From contig OZ244065.1 in the NCBI GenBank assembly GCA_965215505.1, positions 4,480,001 to 4,544,000 on the forward strand: a stretch of 64,000 nt of DNA. Reading direction: 5' to 3'. Origin of the DNA: Capsulimonadaceae bacterium. Lineage in GTDB: Bacteria > Armatimonadota > Armatimonadia > Armatimonadales > Capsulimonadaceae. This document shows, in pieces, positions 1-11,010 of the stretch; the first letter of the stretch is position 1; every line of letters starts with the position of its first letter. A program made the position numbers and the translations under genes. The notes below the pieces were generated by a model. The model saw only the letters and a program-made list of their open reading frames with translations, ran no database searches and was not told the origin of the DNA.

Positions 1-532
1 TGCATGTAGTGGCCGCCGTCCCCGTCGCCGGCCCGGTCCCGCCGCCCAGCATCGTGGTCGTGCCGCCCGACAGCGCCTCGTGAATCTGTTGCGGGCAGAT
101 AAAGTGGATGTGGCTGTCCATCGCGCCGGGCGTGACGATCAGGTTCTCGCCCGCGATGACCTCCGTCCCCGCGCCGACGACCAGTTGGGGGTCCACGCCC
201 GCCATCGTGTCCGGGTTGCCCGCCTTGCCGACCTTGACGATGCGCCCGTCTTTGACACCGATGTCGCCCTTGACGATGCCCCAATGGTCTAGGATGAGCG
301 CGTTCGTGATGACCAGATCGAGCGCCCCGTCAGGTCCTTCCCGCGTGGCCCGGCTGCTCTGCCCCATGCCGTCCCGGATGACCTTGCCACCGCCGAACGT
401 GATCTCATCGCCATAGGTGGTGAAGTCGCGCTCGACCTCGATGATCAGGTCGGTGTCGGCCAGCCGCACCCGGTCCCCCGTCGTCGGGCCGTACAGGTCG
501 GCGTAGGTCCGCCGTGGGATGCTCAGACTCAT
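1..532 (-). CDS. ureC: urease subunit alpha (5' part; runs off window)
   Basis: Manual translation [27 protein letters not shown]...[12 protein letters not shown]...[11 protein letters not shown]...GGGTGP; ATG overlaps the ureB stop (ATGA). Confidence 0.97.
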   Translation of the reverse strand, partial: MSLSIPRRTYADLYGPTTGDRVRLADTDLIIEVERDFTTYGDEITFGGGKVIRDGMGQSSRATREGPDGALDLVITNALILDHWGIVKGDIGVKDGRIVKVGKAGNPDTMAGVDPQLVVGAGTEVIAGENLIVTPGAMDSHIHFICPQQIHEALSGGTTTMLGGGTGPATGTAATTC

Positions 533-891
533 GCGGCTGCCCACTCCCTCACCCGGTCCAGCGCGGCCTGCCTGACACCGGCGTCATCCAGAGCGCCGCC
601 GACCAGTCCGTTGTGGCCGTGCATCACGCGCTCCCCGGCCAGCGGCGTCAGTTCCACTTCCTTCTCCTCGCCCGGCTCGAAGCGGACCGCCGTCCCCGCC
701 GCGATGTTCAGCCGCGCCCCGTAGGCCGCCTCCCGGTCGAAGCGCAGGGCGCGGTTGACCTCAAAGAAGTGGTAATGGCTGCCGACCTGGATGGGCCGGT
801 CGCCCGTATGCGCGACCAGGACCGTGACCGTCGGGCGGCCCGCGTTGGCAACGATATCATCGGCTTCCAGCAAGTATTCGCCCGGCTTCAT
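529..891 (-). CDS. ureB: urease subunit beta
   Basis: [27 protein letters not shown] motifs. Confidence 0.97.
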   Translation of the reverse strand: MKPGEYLLEADDIVANAGRPTVTVLVAHTGDRPIQVGSHYHFFEVNRALRFDREAAYGARLNIAAGTAVRFEPGEEKEVELTPLAGERVMHGHNGLVGGALDDAGVRQAALDRVREWAAA

Positions 892-900
892 CGCTTCCCC

Positions 901-1203
901 CTACTTGATCGGCTCATGCACCGTCACCAGCTTCGTCCCATCGGGGAAGGTCGCCTCGACCTGGACCTCATGGATCATCTCGGCGATGCCGTCCATGACG
1001 TCCGCGCGTGTCAGGACACCGCCGCCCAGCGTCATGATCTCGGCGACGCTCCGACCGTCGCGCGCCCACTCCATGATCTCGGCGGCCAGGATCGCCATCG
1101 CCTCCGGGTAGTTGAGCTTCAGCCCCCGCGCCTGCCTCTTGCGGGCCAGTTCGGAGGCGGTAAAGAGAAGCAGTTTTTCCTGCTCGCGTGGTGTCAGGTG
1201 CAT
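901..1203 (-). CDS. ureA: urease subunit gamma
   Basis: [12 protein letters not shown]...LNYPEA...[18 protein letters not shown]. Confidence 0.98.
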   Translation of the reverse strand: MHLTPREQEKLLLFTASELARKRQARGLKLNYPEAMAILAAEIMEWARDGRSVAEIMTLGGGVLTRADVMDGIAEMIHEVQVEATFPDGTKLVTVHEPIK

Positions 1204-1222
1204 GTGGTCCCCAAAGGAGCTT

Positions 1223-2092
1223 TCAGTAAACCTTGCGCGGCGGCAGCGCGTCCCGCCCGTACAGCACCCGCTTGGCGGCCTGCCAGAACGTCCGCAGGCC
1301 CGCCGGCAGGTCGCGGCCCGTGCGGCTCAGGCCGCGCACGGTCAGCCCGTGCATGGGCAGGGTGCTGGCCCCCCAGAGGGACTCGCCGGGCCGGTTCATG
1401 TCGCGCGCCAGTGCGCCCAATTCCGCTTCCAGCGCCGACCACCGGGCGGGCGGCTCGCCGACACGGCAGACGTAAAGGGTGCAGAAGTGTCCGTAAGGCC
1501 CCAGCCGGGCCGGCGTCTGTAGGGGCCGTAGGTGCGGCTCCAGCCGCGCCCGTTCCCGCGCAATCAGCCGGCCCTCGGCCTGCAAGTCTAAGGCCAGTTC
1601 GAGGCATTCATAGGCGAATGATTCACCGTGCGCGACCCGGCCCGGCGCGACCGTCTCCCACCAGAACAGGCCCGCGCCGGGTGCGAGGGTGATCCGCGTC
1701 TCCTGCCGGAAACGCGCCCCGGCGAAGGGGATGAGCGGGTCGGGCAGGTATTCCAGCAGGCCGCCCGCGGCCACGAAAACGTCCGTCGTCTGGATCGCCG
1801 GCGCGTCCGCCCCGCGCGGGCGATAGACCCGCGTCGCCCCGGTGGTCGTGAGCTGTGCCTGCGCCCCCGGCCCGACCTCGACCACCGTCTCCATCCGGTC
1901 GCCGCCCAGGATGCCGCCCGAGATGTTGTGCAGGTGGACAAGCGCGGCCCCATCGGGCAGATCGAACGCGCGGACGATCTGGAGCGGCGGCTCCTGGGCG
2001 CGCTCGGTCAGATGCGTCCTGCCTTCGGCGTCCGCCCCGAAGCACAGGCGCAGTCTTCCATGTGCCCGGCCTGGTGTCGTGCCTGGTGTCAA
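1223..2092 (-). CDS. ureD: urease accessory protein UreD
   Basis: [34 protein letters not shown]; probable TTG start overlapping the ureF stop. Confidence 0.9.
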   Translation of the reverse strand: MTPGTTPGRAHGRLRLCFGADAEGRTHLTERAQEPPLQIVRAFDLPDGAALVHLHNISGGILGGDRMETVVEVGPGAQAQLTTTGATRVYRPRGADAPAIQTTDVFVAAGGLLEYLPDPLIPFAGARFRQETRITLAPGAGLFWWETVAPGRVAHGESFAYECLELALDLQAEGRLIARERARLEPHLRPLQTPARLGPYGHFCTLYVCRVGEPPARWSALEAELGALARDMNRPGESLWGASTLPMHGLTVRGLSRTGRDLPAGLRTFWQAAKRVLYGRDALPPRKVY

Positions 2093-2772
2093 CTGATGAA
2101 CAGCCGCGTCGCGAGCGTCGGGTGACGCATGGCGGCGCTGTCCAGCATCGGCAGGAAACTGGAAACGGCCTCGGTGTCCGTCGAGGAGGCGGCCCGCGCG
2201 ACGTGCCCGTGCAGGTGCCAGAGCAGAGCGCCCGCCCGCGCCTGGCCGAGCGGCAGGAGGCGCTGGCCGGCGGAGACCAGCGCCGTGAGGGCCTGCTGCA
2301 AAAATGCCAGCGCCGCCTCGTCTTCGGACAGTCTTAACATCCCCCCGACCAGGCCGAATGCCGTGGCGTGATGAACGTCGGTTCCCGCCGCCTTCGCCGC
2401 CTGAAGCGCGTCCGCCAGCTGCTTCTGCTCCGTCAGGCTCGCGGCGAGCTGCAAGAAGCGCCGTCCCAGCGTCGCGCTCGCCGCCCGGCTCTCGCGCGCG
2501 GGCTGCAAGGCGCTCATCTGCTGGTTGAGCGTCAGCCAGGCGGCCTCGAACCGTCCGGCAGACGTGTCCGCCAGTCGGTGCGCGGCGCGGCAATAAGCGG
2601 CATCGCGCACCCCCGCTTCGCTCAAATAGCCCTCCAAGAACTGCCCCAGATCGTCCACCGTCACGGACCCGTCCGCCGTCAGCGTTTCCAGGCCGAACGA
2701 GTGCGCGGCGGAGCCGATGGGGACCTGGCTGTCGGCGAGCTGCAAGAGCTGAAGTAGGGCGCGGTGTTCCAT
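2089..2772 (-). CDS. ureF: urease accessory protein UreF
   Basis: LQLADSQVPIGSAAHSFGLE, C-terminal H...RLFIS; start at MEHRALL. Confidence 0.93.
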   Translation of the reverse strand: MEHRALLQLLQLADSQVPIGSAAHSFGLETLTADGSVTVDDLGQFLEGYLSEAGVRDAAYCRAAHRLADTSAGRFEAAWLTLNQQMSALQPARESRAASATLGRRFLQLAASLTEQKQLADALQAAKAAGTDVHHATAFGLVGGMLRLSEDEAALAFLQQALTALVSAGQRLLPLGQARAGALLWHLHGHVARAASSTDTEAVSSFLPMLDSAAMRHPTLATRLFIS

Positions 2773-2809
2773 CGTGTGCCGGATTCTACGCTGGGCGCGC
2801 GAATTCCTC

Positions 2810-3511
2810 TCAGACCGCCAGGTAGCCCTTGACCGCCGCCTCGTCGAACTCCGAAACCTGCCCCTGCACGACGATGACGCCGTTCTCCATGACGTAGTAG
2901 CGGTCGGCGACGCGCAGGGCGAAATCCAGGAACTGGTCCACGAGCAGGATGGACAGGCCGCCGCGCTCGCGCAGCGACAGGATGACCTGCTCGATCTCCT
3001 GGACGATGTTCGGCTGGACCCCCTCCGTCGGCTCATCCAGCACCAGCAGGGTCGGGCGGCGGATCAGGGCGCGGCCGATGGCGAGTTGCTGCTGCTGGCC
3101 CCCGGAGAGCGTCCCGGCCATCCGCTTGTACATCTGTTTGAGTACCGGGAAGGTCGTGTACACTTCGTCCAGCGAGGCCGCAGCGTCCATCCCGCGCGGC
3201 GCGGCTTCCAGGCCCATCAGCAGGTTCTCGTAGATGGACAGGTACGGGAAGATGCCCCGCCCCTGCGGCACATAGCCGATCCCGGCCTGTGCGCGCTGGT
3301 TGGGCGGGCGGCGCGTCACGTCCTCCCCGCCGAACCTGATGCTGCCCCCGCGCGGGCGCAGGACGCCCATGATCGTCTTGAGCAGTGTCGTCTTGCCGAC
3401 CCCGTTGCGGCCCATGAGGCAGACGACCTGATCGGGGGGCACTTCCAGCCCGATCGAGTGCAGGATCTGGCTCTCGCCGTAGTAGACGTTGACGTCCTGG
3501 ACTTGCAGCAT
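2810..3511 (-). CDS. urtE: urea ABC transporter ATP-binding subunit
   Basis: [38 protein letters not shown]; operon context. Confidence 0.92.
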   Translation of the reverse strand: MLQVQDVNVYYGESQILHSIGLEVPPDQVVCLMGRNGVGKTTLLKTIMGVLRPRGGSIRFGGEDVTRRPPNQRAQAGIGYVPQGRGIFPYLSIYENLLMGLEAAPRGMDAAASLDEVYTTFPVLKQMYKRMAGTLSGGQQQQLAIGRALIRRPTLLVLDEPTEGVQPNIVQEIEQVILSLRERGGLSILLVDQFLDFALRVADRYYVMENGVIVVQGQVSEFDEAAVKGYLAV

Positions 3512-3523
3512 CGGTGTTTCTCC

Positions 3524-4282
3524 TCAGTGTTTTTCCTCGCGGGCGCGGCCCAGGTAGACCTCGATAACGCGCGGATCGCTCTGGACGTCCGCCACCGAAC
3601 CCTCGCACAGCCACTTGCCCATGTGGAGGACGGTGACGGTCCGGGCATAGCGGCGCATGAAGTCCATGTCGTGCTCCACGACCAGGACCGAGCGGCGCGC
3701 GGCCATGCGGTGCAGCAGCTCGCCCGTGTGGTCGCGCTCGGGCCGGGTCATGCCCGCGATCGGCTCGTCCAGCAGCAGCAGCTTCGGCTCCTGCACCAGC
3801 AGCATCCCGATCTCCAGCCACTGCTTCTGGCCGTGCGCCAGAGTCCCGGCCGGTTCCCCTGCCCGCGCGGTCAGCCCGACCTCGTCCAGCGTGGCGGCGA
3901 TGCGCTCCTGGTGGCCCGAGGGGAGGGGGCGCAGCAGGCTGGCCGTGCCGTCGTGCAGGCCCACGGCGGCTTCCAGGTTCTCCCAGACCGTCAGGCTGCC
4001 GAAGACGGCCGGCGTCTGGAACTTGCGCCCGATGCCCTTCTGGACGCGCCGGTACTCGGGCCAGCGCCGGATGTCCGCCCCGCCGTCATAAAGCACCCGT
4101 CCGCTCAGGGGGCGCGTCTTGCCCGTGATGATGTCCAGCAGAGTTGTCTTGCCCGCCCCGTTCGGCCCGATCAGGAAGCGAAGCTCGCCCGGCTGCATGG
4201 AGAAGTTCAGGCCGTCCAGTGCCTTGAACCCGTCGAAGCTGACGGTCACGTCCTGCACGTCTATGACGGCGGGATGAGTCAT
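3524..4282 (-). CDS. urtD: urea ABC transporter ATP-binding subunit
   Basis: [37 protein letters not shown]. Confidence 0.93.
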   Translation of the reverse strand: MTHPAVIDVQDVTVSFDGFKALDGLNFSMQPGELRFLIGPNGAGKTTLLDIITGKTRPLSGRVLYDGGADIRRWPEYRRVQKGIGRKFQTPAVFGSLTVWENLEAAVGLHDGTASLLRPLPSGHQERIAATLDEVGLTARAGEPAGTLAHGQKQWLEIGMLLVQEPKLLLLDEPIAGMTRPERDHTGELLHRMAARRSVLVVEHDMDFMRRYARTVTVLHMGKWLCEGSVADVQSDPRVIEVYLGRAREEKH

Positions 4283-5397
4283 AAGAGCACCTCCAGTCCG
4301 TCTTCGCGCTCGGCGGCGAGGGCGGGTGCCGGGGCGAGGACGGGCCGCCGGAAGCGGCCCAGCCAGCGGACGGCGTTCCGGGCGTACCCGGCCATCCCCT
4401 GCGGGAACAGCAGGACGGTCCCGATGAACAGCGCGCCCATGAAGTACTGCCACTTGTCCGGGAACGAGTCGTTGAAGCTGCTCTTGCCCCAGTTGACCAG
4501 CAGCGCCCCCAGGATGGGGCCGAGCAAAGTCGCGCGCCCGCCGACGGCCACCCAGATCACCATCTCGATGGAGGGCACGACGTCCATGGAGGCGGGGGAG
4601 ATGATGCCGACCTGCGGCACGAACAGCGCCCCGGCCAGCCCGGCCATGCCCGCCGACAGGGCGAAGGTCAGCGTCTTGATCGTCACCGGGTTATAGCCGA
4701 GGAACCGCACCCGGTTCTCGTCGTCGCGGGTCGCCACCAGCAGCCGCCCGAAGCGCGACCGGGTCAGGGCGCGCGCCAGCAGGTAGACACCGGCCAAAGA
4801 CACCACCGTGGCGAGGTAGAGCGCCTTCTGCGTCCCCGAATCGTTCAAGGAGCGGCCGAAGATCGTGGACAGGTTGGTGATGCCGTTGGTGCCCCCCGTG
4901 ACCCCCTGCTGGCCGATAAACAAAATGCTCGCCATAAGCGTCAGGGCCTGCGTGATGATGGAGAAGTAAACCCCCTGGATGCGGCTGCGGAAGATCAGGA
5001 AGCCGATCACGCCGGCCAAAGCCGCCGGCACCAGGACCGCGACCAGCAGGGCGAAGACGGGCGAGTGGAAGGGCCGCCAGAAGGCGGGCAGGACCGTCAT
5101 GCCGTTGTAATCCATGAAGTCCGGAATGTGCGTGCCCGACGCTTCCAGCTTCAGGTACATGGCGAACGCATAGCCGCCCACCCCGAAGAACAGCCCCTGA
5201 CCCAGACTGAGCATCCCGCCGTAGCCCCAGATCAGGTCCAGGCCGACGGCGATGATGGCGTAGGTCAGGAACTTGCCGAGCAGGTTCAGGCCGAAGTCGC
5301 CCAAGAAGTGTGGCACGATGACCGTCATCAGCAGCATAGCCGCCGTGAAGGAGAGCCAGAACCCGAGGCCGCTGCGGTGGCGATTGACAAAGAACAT
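4279..5397 (-). CDS. urtC: urea ABC transporter permease
   Basis: [39 protein letters not shown]. Confidence 0.93.
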   Translation of the reverse strand: MFFVNRHRSGLGFWLSFTAAMLLMTVIVPHFLGDFGLNLLGKFLTYAIIAVGLDLIWGYGGMLSLGQGLFFGVGGYAFAMYLKLEASGTHIPDFMDYNGMTVLPAFWRPFHSPVFALLVAVLVPAALAGVIGFLIFRSRIQGVYFSIITQALTLMASILFIGQQGVTGGTNGITNLSTIFGRSLNDSGTQKALYLATVVSLAGVYLLARALTRSRFGRLLVATRDDENRVRFLGYNPVTIKTLTFALSAGMAGLAGALFVPQVGIISPASMDVVPSIEMVIWVAVGGRATLLGPILGALLVNWGKSSFNDSFPDKWQYFMGALFIGTVLLFPQGMAGYARNAVRWLGRFRRPVLAPAPALAAEREDGLEVLL

Positions 5398-5406
5398 GGC
5401 TTCCCC

Positions 5407-6303
5407 CTAACGTCCCCGCACCGCCGCCAGGCCGGCGGGCTTCCACTGCAAGAAGGCGATCACCAGGCCCAGGATCAGCACCTTGCCCAGCGAGGCCGTC
5501 GTCCCAAGCTCCAGGAACGTGTTGCCGACGCCGATAATGAGGGCCGCCAGGATCACGCCCGGCAGGCGGCCCACGCCGCCCAGCACGACCACGATGAAGG
5601 CGTCCACGATGTAGTGCGTCCCCAGCGACGGCCCGATGGGGCCGAGCAGGGTCAGCGCGGCCCCGGCCACGCCGGCAAGCCCCGCGCCCAGGGCGAACGT
5701 GCCCGCGTCCACCCGCCGCGAGGCGACCCCGAGGCAGGCGGCCATCTGCCGGTTCTGCATGGTCGCCCGCAGCCGCCGGCCGCCGGACGTGCGGAACAGG
5801 AACACATAGATCGCCCCGATGCAGACGCCGGCCAGCCCGATGATGAACAGGCGGCTGAACGGCAGCACCAGGTCCGGGCCGAGATGGACCGCGCCGCCGA
5901 GCCAGGCGGGGCTGTCCACCTGGACGTTCTGCGCGCCGAAAATGGACCGGGCGGCCTGCTGCAAGATCAGCCCCACGCCCCAGGTCGCCAGCAATGTGTC
6001 CAGGGGCCGCCCGTACAGGAAGCGGATCAGGCAGACCTCAAGCAGTGCGCCCAATAGGGCAGCCACGAGGAAGGCGGCGGGCAGGGCCAGAACAAACCAG
6101 ACGCCCCGCTCCACCCCGCCGAGCGGGGCGGCCAGGGTCTTCTGGAACTCGTAGGCGACATAAGCGCCGACCATGATGAACTCGCCGTGGGCCATGTTGA
6201 TGACGTTCATCAGGCCGAACGAGAAGACCAGCCCCAGCGAAATGAGCAGCAGGATCGAGCTGAGGCTGAGGCCATTGAAGAGCTGGGACAGGATCATGTC
6301 CAT
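5407..6303 (-). CDS. urtB: urea ABC transporter permease
   Basis: [34 protein letters not shown]. Confidence 0.93.
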   Translation of the reverse strand: MDMILSQLFNGLSLSSILLLISLGLVFSFGLMNVINMAHGEFIMVGAYVAYEFQKTLAAPLGGVERGVWFVLALPAAFLVAALLGALLEVCLIRFLYGRPLDTLLATWGVGLILQQAARSIFGAQNVQVDSPAWLGGAVHLGPDLVLPFSRLFIIGLAGVCIGAIYVFLFRTSGGRRLRATMQNRQMAACLGVASRRVDAGTFALGAGLAGVAGAALTLLGPIGPSLGTHYIVDAFIVVVLGGVGRLPGVILAALIIGVGNTFLELGTTASLGKVLILGLVIAFLQWKPAGLAAVRGR

Positions 6304-6355
6304 GGGAAACTCCTTCCCCGCCCGGTGCAGTGGCGGGCGGGGACCTTGTGAGTCG

Positions 6356-7636
6356 CTACTTCTCCATCTCGGCCACCACCGTCGGTTTGCCCTGGGCAAG
6401 CCCCTTGGCCCAGGCAAGCTTGGTCAGGTACGGGTCCGGCTCGACCGGCTTGCCTGAGCTGGAAACCTCGTCGATCAGGCCGTCCGCGCGGAACTTGCCG
6501 ATGCGGGCCGTCTTCCAGGTGTGGTGGTTGCCGCCGTCTATCTTGACCATCCCCTCCGGCGCGGCGAACGTGACGCCGTCCGCCGCCGCCTTCACGGCGT
6601 CCACGTCCGTGGACTTCGCCTTCTCGACGGCCGCTTTCCACAGGTAGACCCCGAAGTAGCCCGCCTCGATGGGGTCATCAGTCACGCGGTCCGCCCCGTA
6701 CTTCGCCTTGTAGGCGGCGACGAACTTGGTGTTCTCCGGCGTCTTGGTGGTCTGGAAATAGTTCCAGGCGCACAGGTGGCCGGCGATGTTGGCCGGGCCG
6801 ATGCCGCGCGCCTCCTCTTCGGCGACGCTCACCGAGAGGACCGGCATCTGGGCCGCCGTGATGCCCGCCTCCTTGAGCTGCTTGAAGAAGGCGACGTTGC
6901 TGTCGCCGTTCAGGGTGTTGAAGACGGCGTCCGGGCGGGCGGCCTTGATCTTGCTGATGACCGTGCTGTACTCGGTCGCCCCCAGCGGCGTGTACTCCTC
7001 GCCCGCCAGAATCCCGCCCTGGGCGGCGAGCTGCGCCTTGATGATCTTGTTGGCGGTGCGCGGGAAGACGTAGTCCGAGCCGAGCAGGAAGATCTTCTTC
7101 TTGCCGATCTTGAGCAGATAGTTCACGCCCGGCACGATCTGCTCGGTCGGCTCCGCCCCGGTGTAGTAGATGTCCGGCGACGTTTCCAGCCCCTCATACT
7201 GGACCGGGTAGAACAGCAGGCCGTGCTGGCTCTCGACCACCGGCAGGACGGCCTTGCGGCTGGCGCTGGTCCAGCAGCCGAAGATCACGGCGACCTTGTC
7301 CTGCTGGAGCAGCTTCTTGGTCTTCTCGGCGAAGGTGGGCCAGTCGCTCGCGCCGTCCTCGGTCACCGGGACGATCTGCTTGCCCAGGACGCCGCCGCCC
7401 TTGTTGATCTCGTCAATCGCCATCATCTCGGCGTCCTTGACGCTCACCTCACTGATCGCCATCGTGCCGCTGAGGGAGTGCAGGATGCCGACCTTGATGG
7501 TGTTCGCGTCGTCGGCGGGGGCCGCCGAGGCCGTCGTGCCGCCGGGCGCGGCGGCGTCCTTTTGGCCGCAGCCGCTCAGGGCGGCCACGCCCAGCGCGGC
7601 GGAGGCCGCCAGGCCGAGCCAGGAATTCTTACGCAT
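6356..7636 (-). CDS. urtA: urea ABC transporter substrate-binding lipoprotein
   Basis: Lipobox [40 protein letters not shown]. Confidence 0.95.
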   Translation of the reverse strand: MRKNSWLGLAASAALGVAALSGCGQKDAAAPGGTTASAAPADDANTIKVGILHSLSGTMAISEVSVKDAEMMAIDEINKGGGVLGKQIVPVTEDGASDWPTFAEKTKKLLQQDKVAVIFGCWTSASRKAVLPVVESQHGLLFYPVQYEGLETSPDIYYTGAEPTEQIVPGVNYLLKIGKKKIFLLGSDYVFPRTANKIIKAQLAAQGGILAGEEYTPLGATEYSTVISKIKAARPDAVFNTLNGDSNVAFFKQLKEAGITAAQMPVLSVSVAEEEARGIGPANIAGHLCAWNYFQTTKTPENTKFVAAYKAKYGADRVTDDPIEAGYFGVYLWKAAVEKAKSTDVDAVKAAADGVTFAAPEGMVKIDGGNHHTWKTARIGKFRADGLIDEVSSSGKPVEPDPYLTKLAWAKGLAQGKPTVVAEMEK

Positions 7637-7659
7637 AGTGTTTCTCCTTATTGACAGGC

Positions 7660-8964
7660 CTAGAATGAGAACAGGCCGGCGACGAGGACCGCGTTCTGGT
7701 CCGAAGTGGGGTCCGGGCGATCACTCTTCGTGAAGCCGAAGAGGGCGGCATTATTGCTGTTGTCGTGCCGGTACTCGAAGCGCGTGGTGAAGTTCGCGGC
7801 GACCTTGTACTCGTAGGTCGCCGTGACCTCGTTGGCTCCGAAGCTGGTCGTGGCGTTCGGCGTGCCCAAAGTCTCCACATGTTTGGTCAGCCGCGAGACG
7901 CGCAGGGCGTAGGCGTTGCGCGGGTTGAGCTGCTGGCGGAGGTACGCGCCGTAGCCGTCGCCGCGCAGGTTGTAGCCGCCGCCCTTGTCGTGGTCCTTGC
8001 GGTAGACGTACTCGCCGGCCAGGGTGATGGCCTTGGTGGCATGGAAGGTGAGCCAGTTGTCAAAGAGGGTGATGTCCTCGTTGCCGCTGGCGGAGAGCTT
8101 GTCGCTGCCGACGCCGTAGGCGGGGATGTAGTTGAACCGGCCGTCGGGCGTGGTGTAGTTGAGCCGCAGGATGTAGTCCTTGCGGCCGTTGTCGTCCTGG
8201 ACGCCCGCGGTGGGCGTCTCTTCCAGCGAGTTGACCACGAAGGCGGAGACGGCGAGGTTGAGGTTCTTGATCGGGTAGGTGGCGCGCGCCCCGGCCAGGT
8301 AGTTCGGGACAAGATAAGTCGCCAGGGTGAGCGTGTAGTTGTAGTTCAGCGTCGCCTCGGTGGTGTCGTAGCCGTAGGGCGAAAGGAACTTCCCGAAATC
8401 CACGGTGAAGCCGCCTGACGTGGTGTAGGTGCCGAAGAGCTGCGCCACGTTCTTGAACCGCGACTCGCCGACGCCCGATCCGGCATCCGGGACGTCCCGG
8501 TCGGCGGCGTCACCCGTCGCGAGGCTGGCCTTGAAGCCGAACCCGCCGGCCGGGGGGGCGGTGTGGTAAACATCCAGCCAGGCGAGGCGGAGGGCGGGCG
8601 TGTTGTGGCGGAAGGCGTAGATGCGGCCGTTGAGCGGCTGGCCTTTGGTCGGGCTGGTCGCCTGGTACTGGTAGTAGCCGTCAATCTCTCCCGTCGTCAC
8701 GATGTTCGGGGCGGGGGCGACCGGCGTCTGCTTGGGCGGGGGCGCAGCCGCCGACGGCGAGGAAGGCGTGGGCGTCGTGGTCGTGGGAGTCGGGGGCGTC
8801 CCTGGCGCGGCCGGAGCCGGGGCCGGCGTGGTGACCGTGGGGACTGCGGGCGCGTCCTGGGCGCATGCGGGGACTGCGGCCAGTGCCGGCCAGGTCAAGG
8901 CGGCGAAGGCGAGGGCGTGGAGACGCCTTGGGGCGTGAGGACGCCTGTGGGAGCGGTGGGGCAT
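7660..8964 (-). CDS. outer-membrane beta-barrel protein (putative porin)
   Basis: Signal peptide, Pro/Thr linker, DFGKF motif, alternating beta-strands, EYRHD, C-terminal Phe. Confidence 0.75.
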   Translation of the reverse strand: MPHRSHRRPHAPRRLHALAFAALTWPALAAVPACAQDAPAVPTVTTPAPAPAAPGTPPTPTTTTPTPSSPSAAAPPPKQTPVAPAPNIVTTGEIDGYYQYQATSPTKGQPLNGRIYAFRHNTPALRLAWLDVYHTAPPAGGFGFKASLATGDAADRDVPDAGSGVGESRFKNVAQLFGTYTTSGGFTVDFGKFLSPYGYDTTEATLNYNYTLTLATYLVPNYLAGARATYPIKNLNLAVSAFVVNSLEETPTAGVQDDNGRKDYILRLNYTTPDGRFNYIPAYGVGSDKLSASGNEDITLFDNWLTFHATKAITLAGEYVYRKDHDKGGGYNLRGDGYGAYLRQQLNPRNAYALRVSRLTKHVETLGTPNATTSFGANEVTATYEYKVAANFTTRFEYRHDNSNNAALFGFTKSDRPDPTSDQNAVLVAGLFSF

Positions 8965-9199
8965 GTTTGTCCTGTCCTCCGGTGAAGTCTACACGGCTCA
9001 GGGCCGTGCCGTTCTCGGGTGGTGCGTCCTGCACGGGACTCATGCGAGAGTGCATGAATGGGACAAACGTCTGCGTTTGACGGGGCGGAAGGCCGAAGAG
9101 CGGCGGGTGAGGGATGCCAAAGAGTGGCAGGCGTGGGAGCGGACGGGAGGCGTCAATGCCGGTGGCTGCTTGGGTGTGCTCAACAGTGAGGTTGCTGCC

Positions 9200-9228
9200 A
9201 GTATAGCGGTTATTCAGATGCCTGTCAA
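9200..9228 (-). promoter_or_regulatory. sigma70-type promoter of the porin-urt-ure operon
   Basis: TTGACA-N17-TATACT on the minus strand. Confidence 0.8.
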
Positions 9229-9263
9229 GGGGAAAGGCACTATTTTTTCGCGCCGTGCCGGAC

Positions 9264-9947
9264 TCAGTGGGTGTGCGCGTGGCTGTGCGGGATGCCGACG
9301 TAGGGCGCGTGGGCGTCAATGATGGACCGGCGCTCGCCCGAGGGCACGGCCAGCTTCCCCTCCAGCCAGCCGACCACGGCGTCCAGCCCCTCGCCGTCTT
9401 TGAGGTTCGTGAACAGGAAGGGCCGGTCAATACGCATGAGCCGCGCGTCGCGGTCCATGACGGCAAGCGACGCGCCGACCATCTCGGCCAGGTCCGTCTT
9501 GTTGATGACCAGCAGGTCCGAGCGCTGGACGCCCGGACCGCCCTTGCGCGGGACCTTGTCGCCGCCCGCCACGTCAATGACGTAGACCCAGACGTCCACC
9601 AGTTCGGGGCTGAACGCGGCGGAGAGGTTGTCGCCGCCGCTCTCGACGAAGATCAGTTCCAGCCCCGGCAGGGCGTCTTCCAGGTCGGCAATGGCCTCCA
9701 GGTTCATGGAGGCGTCCTCGCGGATAGCGGCGTGGGGGCAGCCGCCGGTCTCGACGCCCCGGATGCGCTCCAGGGGCAGCGTCCCCTGCCGCAGCAAAAA
9801 CTCGGCGTCTTCTTTGGTGTAGATGTCGTTGGTGACAACGGCGAGGCTATACTTCGCCGAGAGCCGGCGGCTCAGGCAATCCACAAGCGCCGTTTTGCCG
9901 CTCCCGACCGGCCCGGCGATCCCGACGCGATATGCTCTTTCAGTCAT
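9264..9947 (-). CDS. ureG: urease accessory GTPase UreG with His-rich tail
   Basis: [27 protein letters not shown]; ends HSHAHTH. Confidence 0.97.
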   Translation of the reverse strand: MTERAYRVGIAGPVGSGKTALVDCLSRRLSAKYSLAVVTNDIYTKEDAEFLLRQGTLPLERIRGVETGGCPHAAIREDASMNLEAIADLEDALPGLELIFVESGGDNLSAAFSPELVDVWVYVIDVAGGDKVPRKGGPGVQRSDLLVINKTDLAEMVGASLAVMDRDARLMRIDRPFLFTNLKDGEGLDAVVGWLEGKLAVPSGERRSIIDAHAPYVGIPHSHAHTH

Positions 9948-9973
9948 GATCCTGCTCCTCTCGGACGATTGAG

Positions 9974-10951
<978 letters not shown>

Positions 10952-11010
10952 GGTGTGTTCTTTCTGAGTGTCCGGGACTGCCGCCCGGCTTCCTCGGCCT
11001 GCCGGGCCTG

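Noticed and set aside
2774-4696. Long antisense ORFs (also 6521-7654, 18004-20079, 23909-25759, 31811-33652, 55751-57334)
   Set aside because: Shadow frames of well-supported genes on the opposite strand, expected in high-GC DNA.
8965-9199. Guanidine riboswitch
   Set aside because: No tandem ACGR loops or recognisable ykkC consensus.
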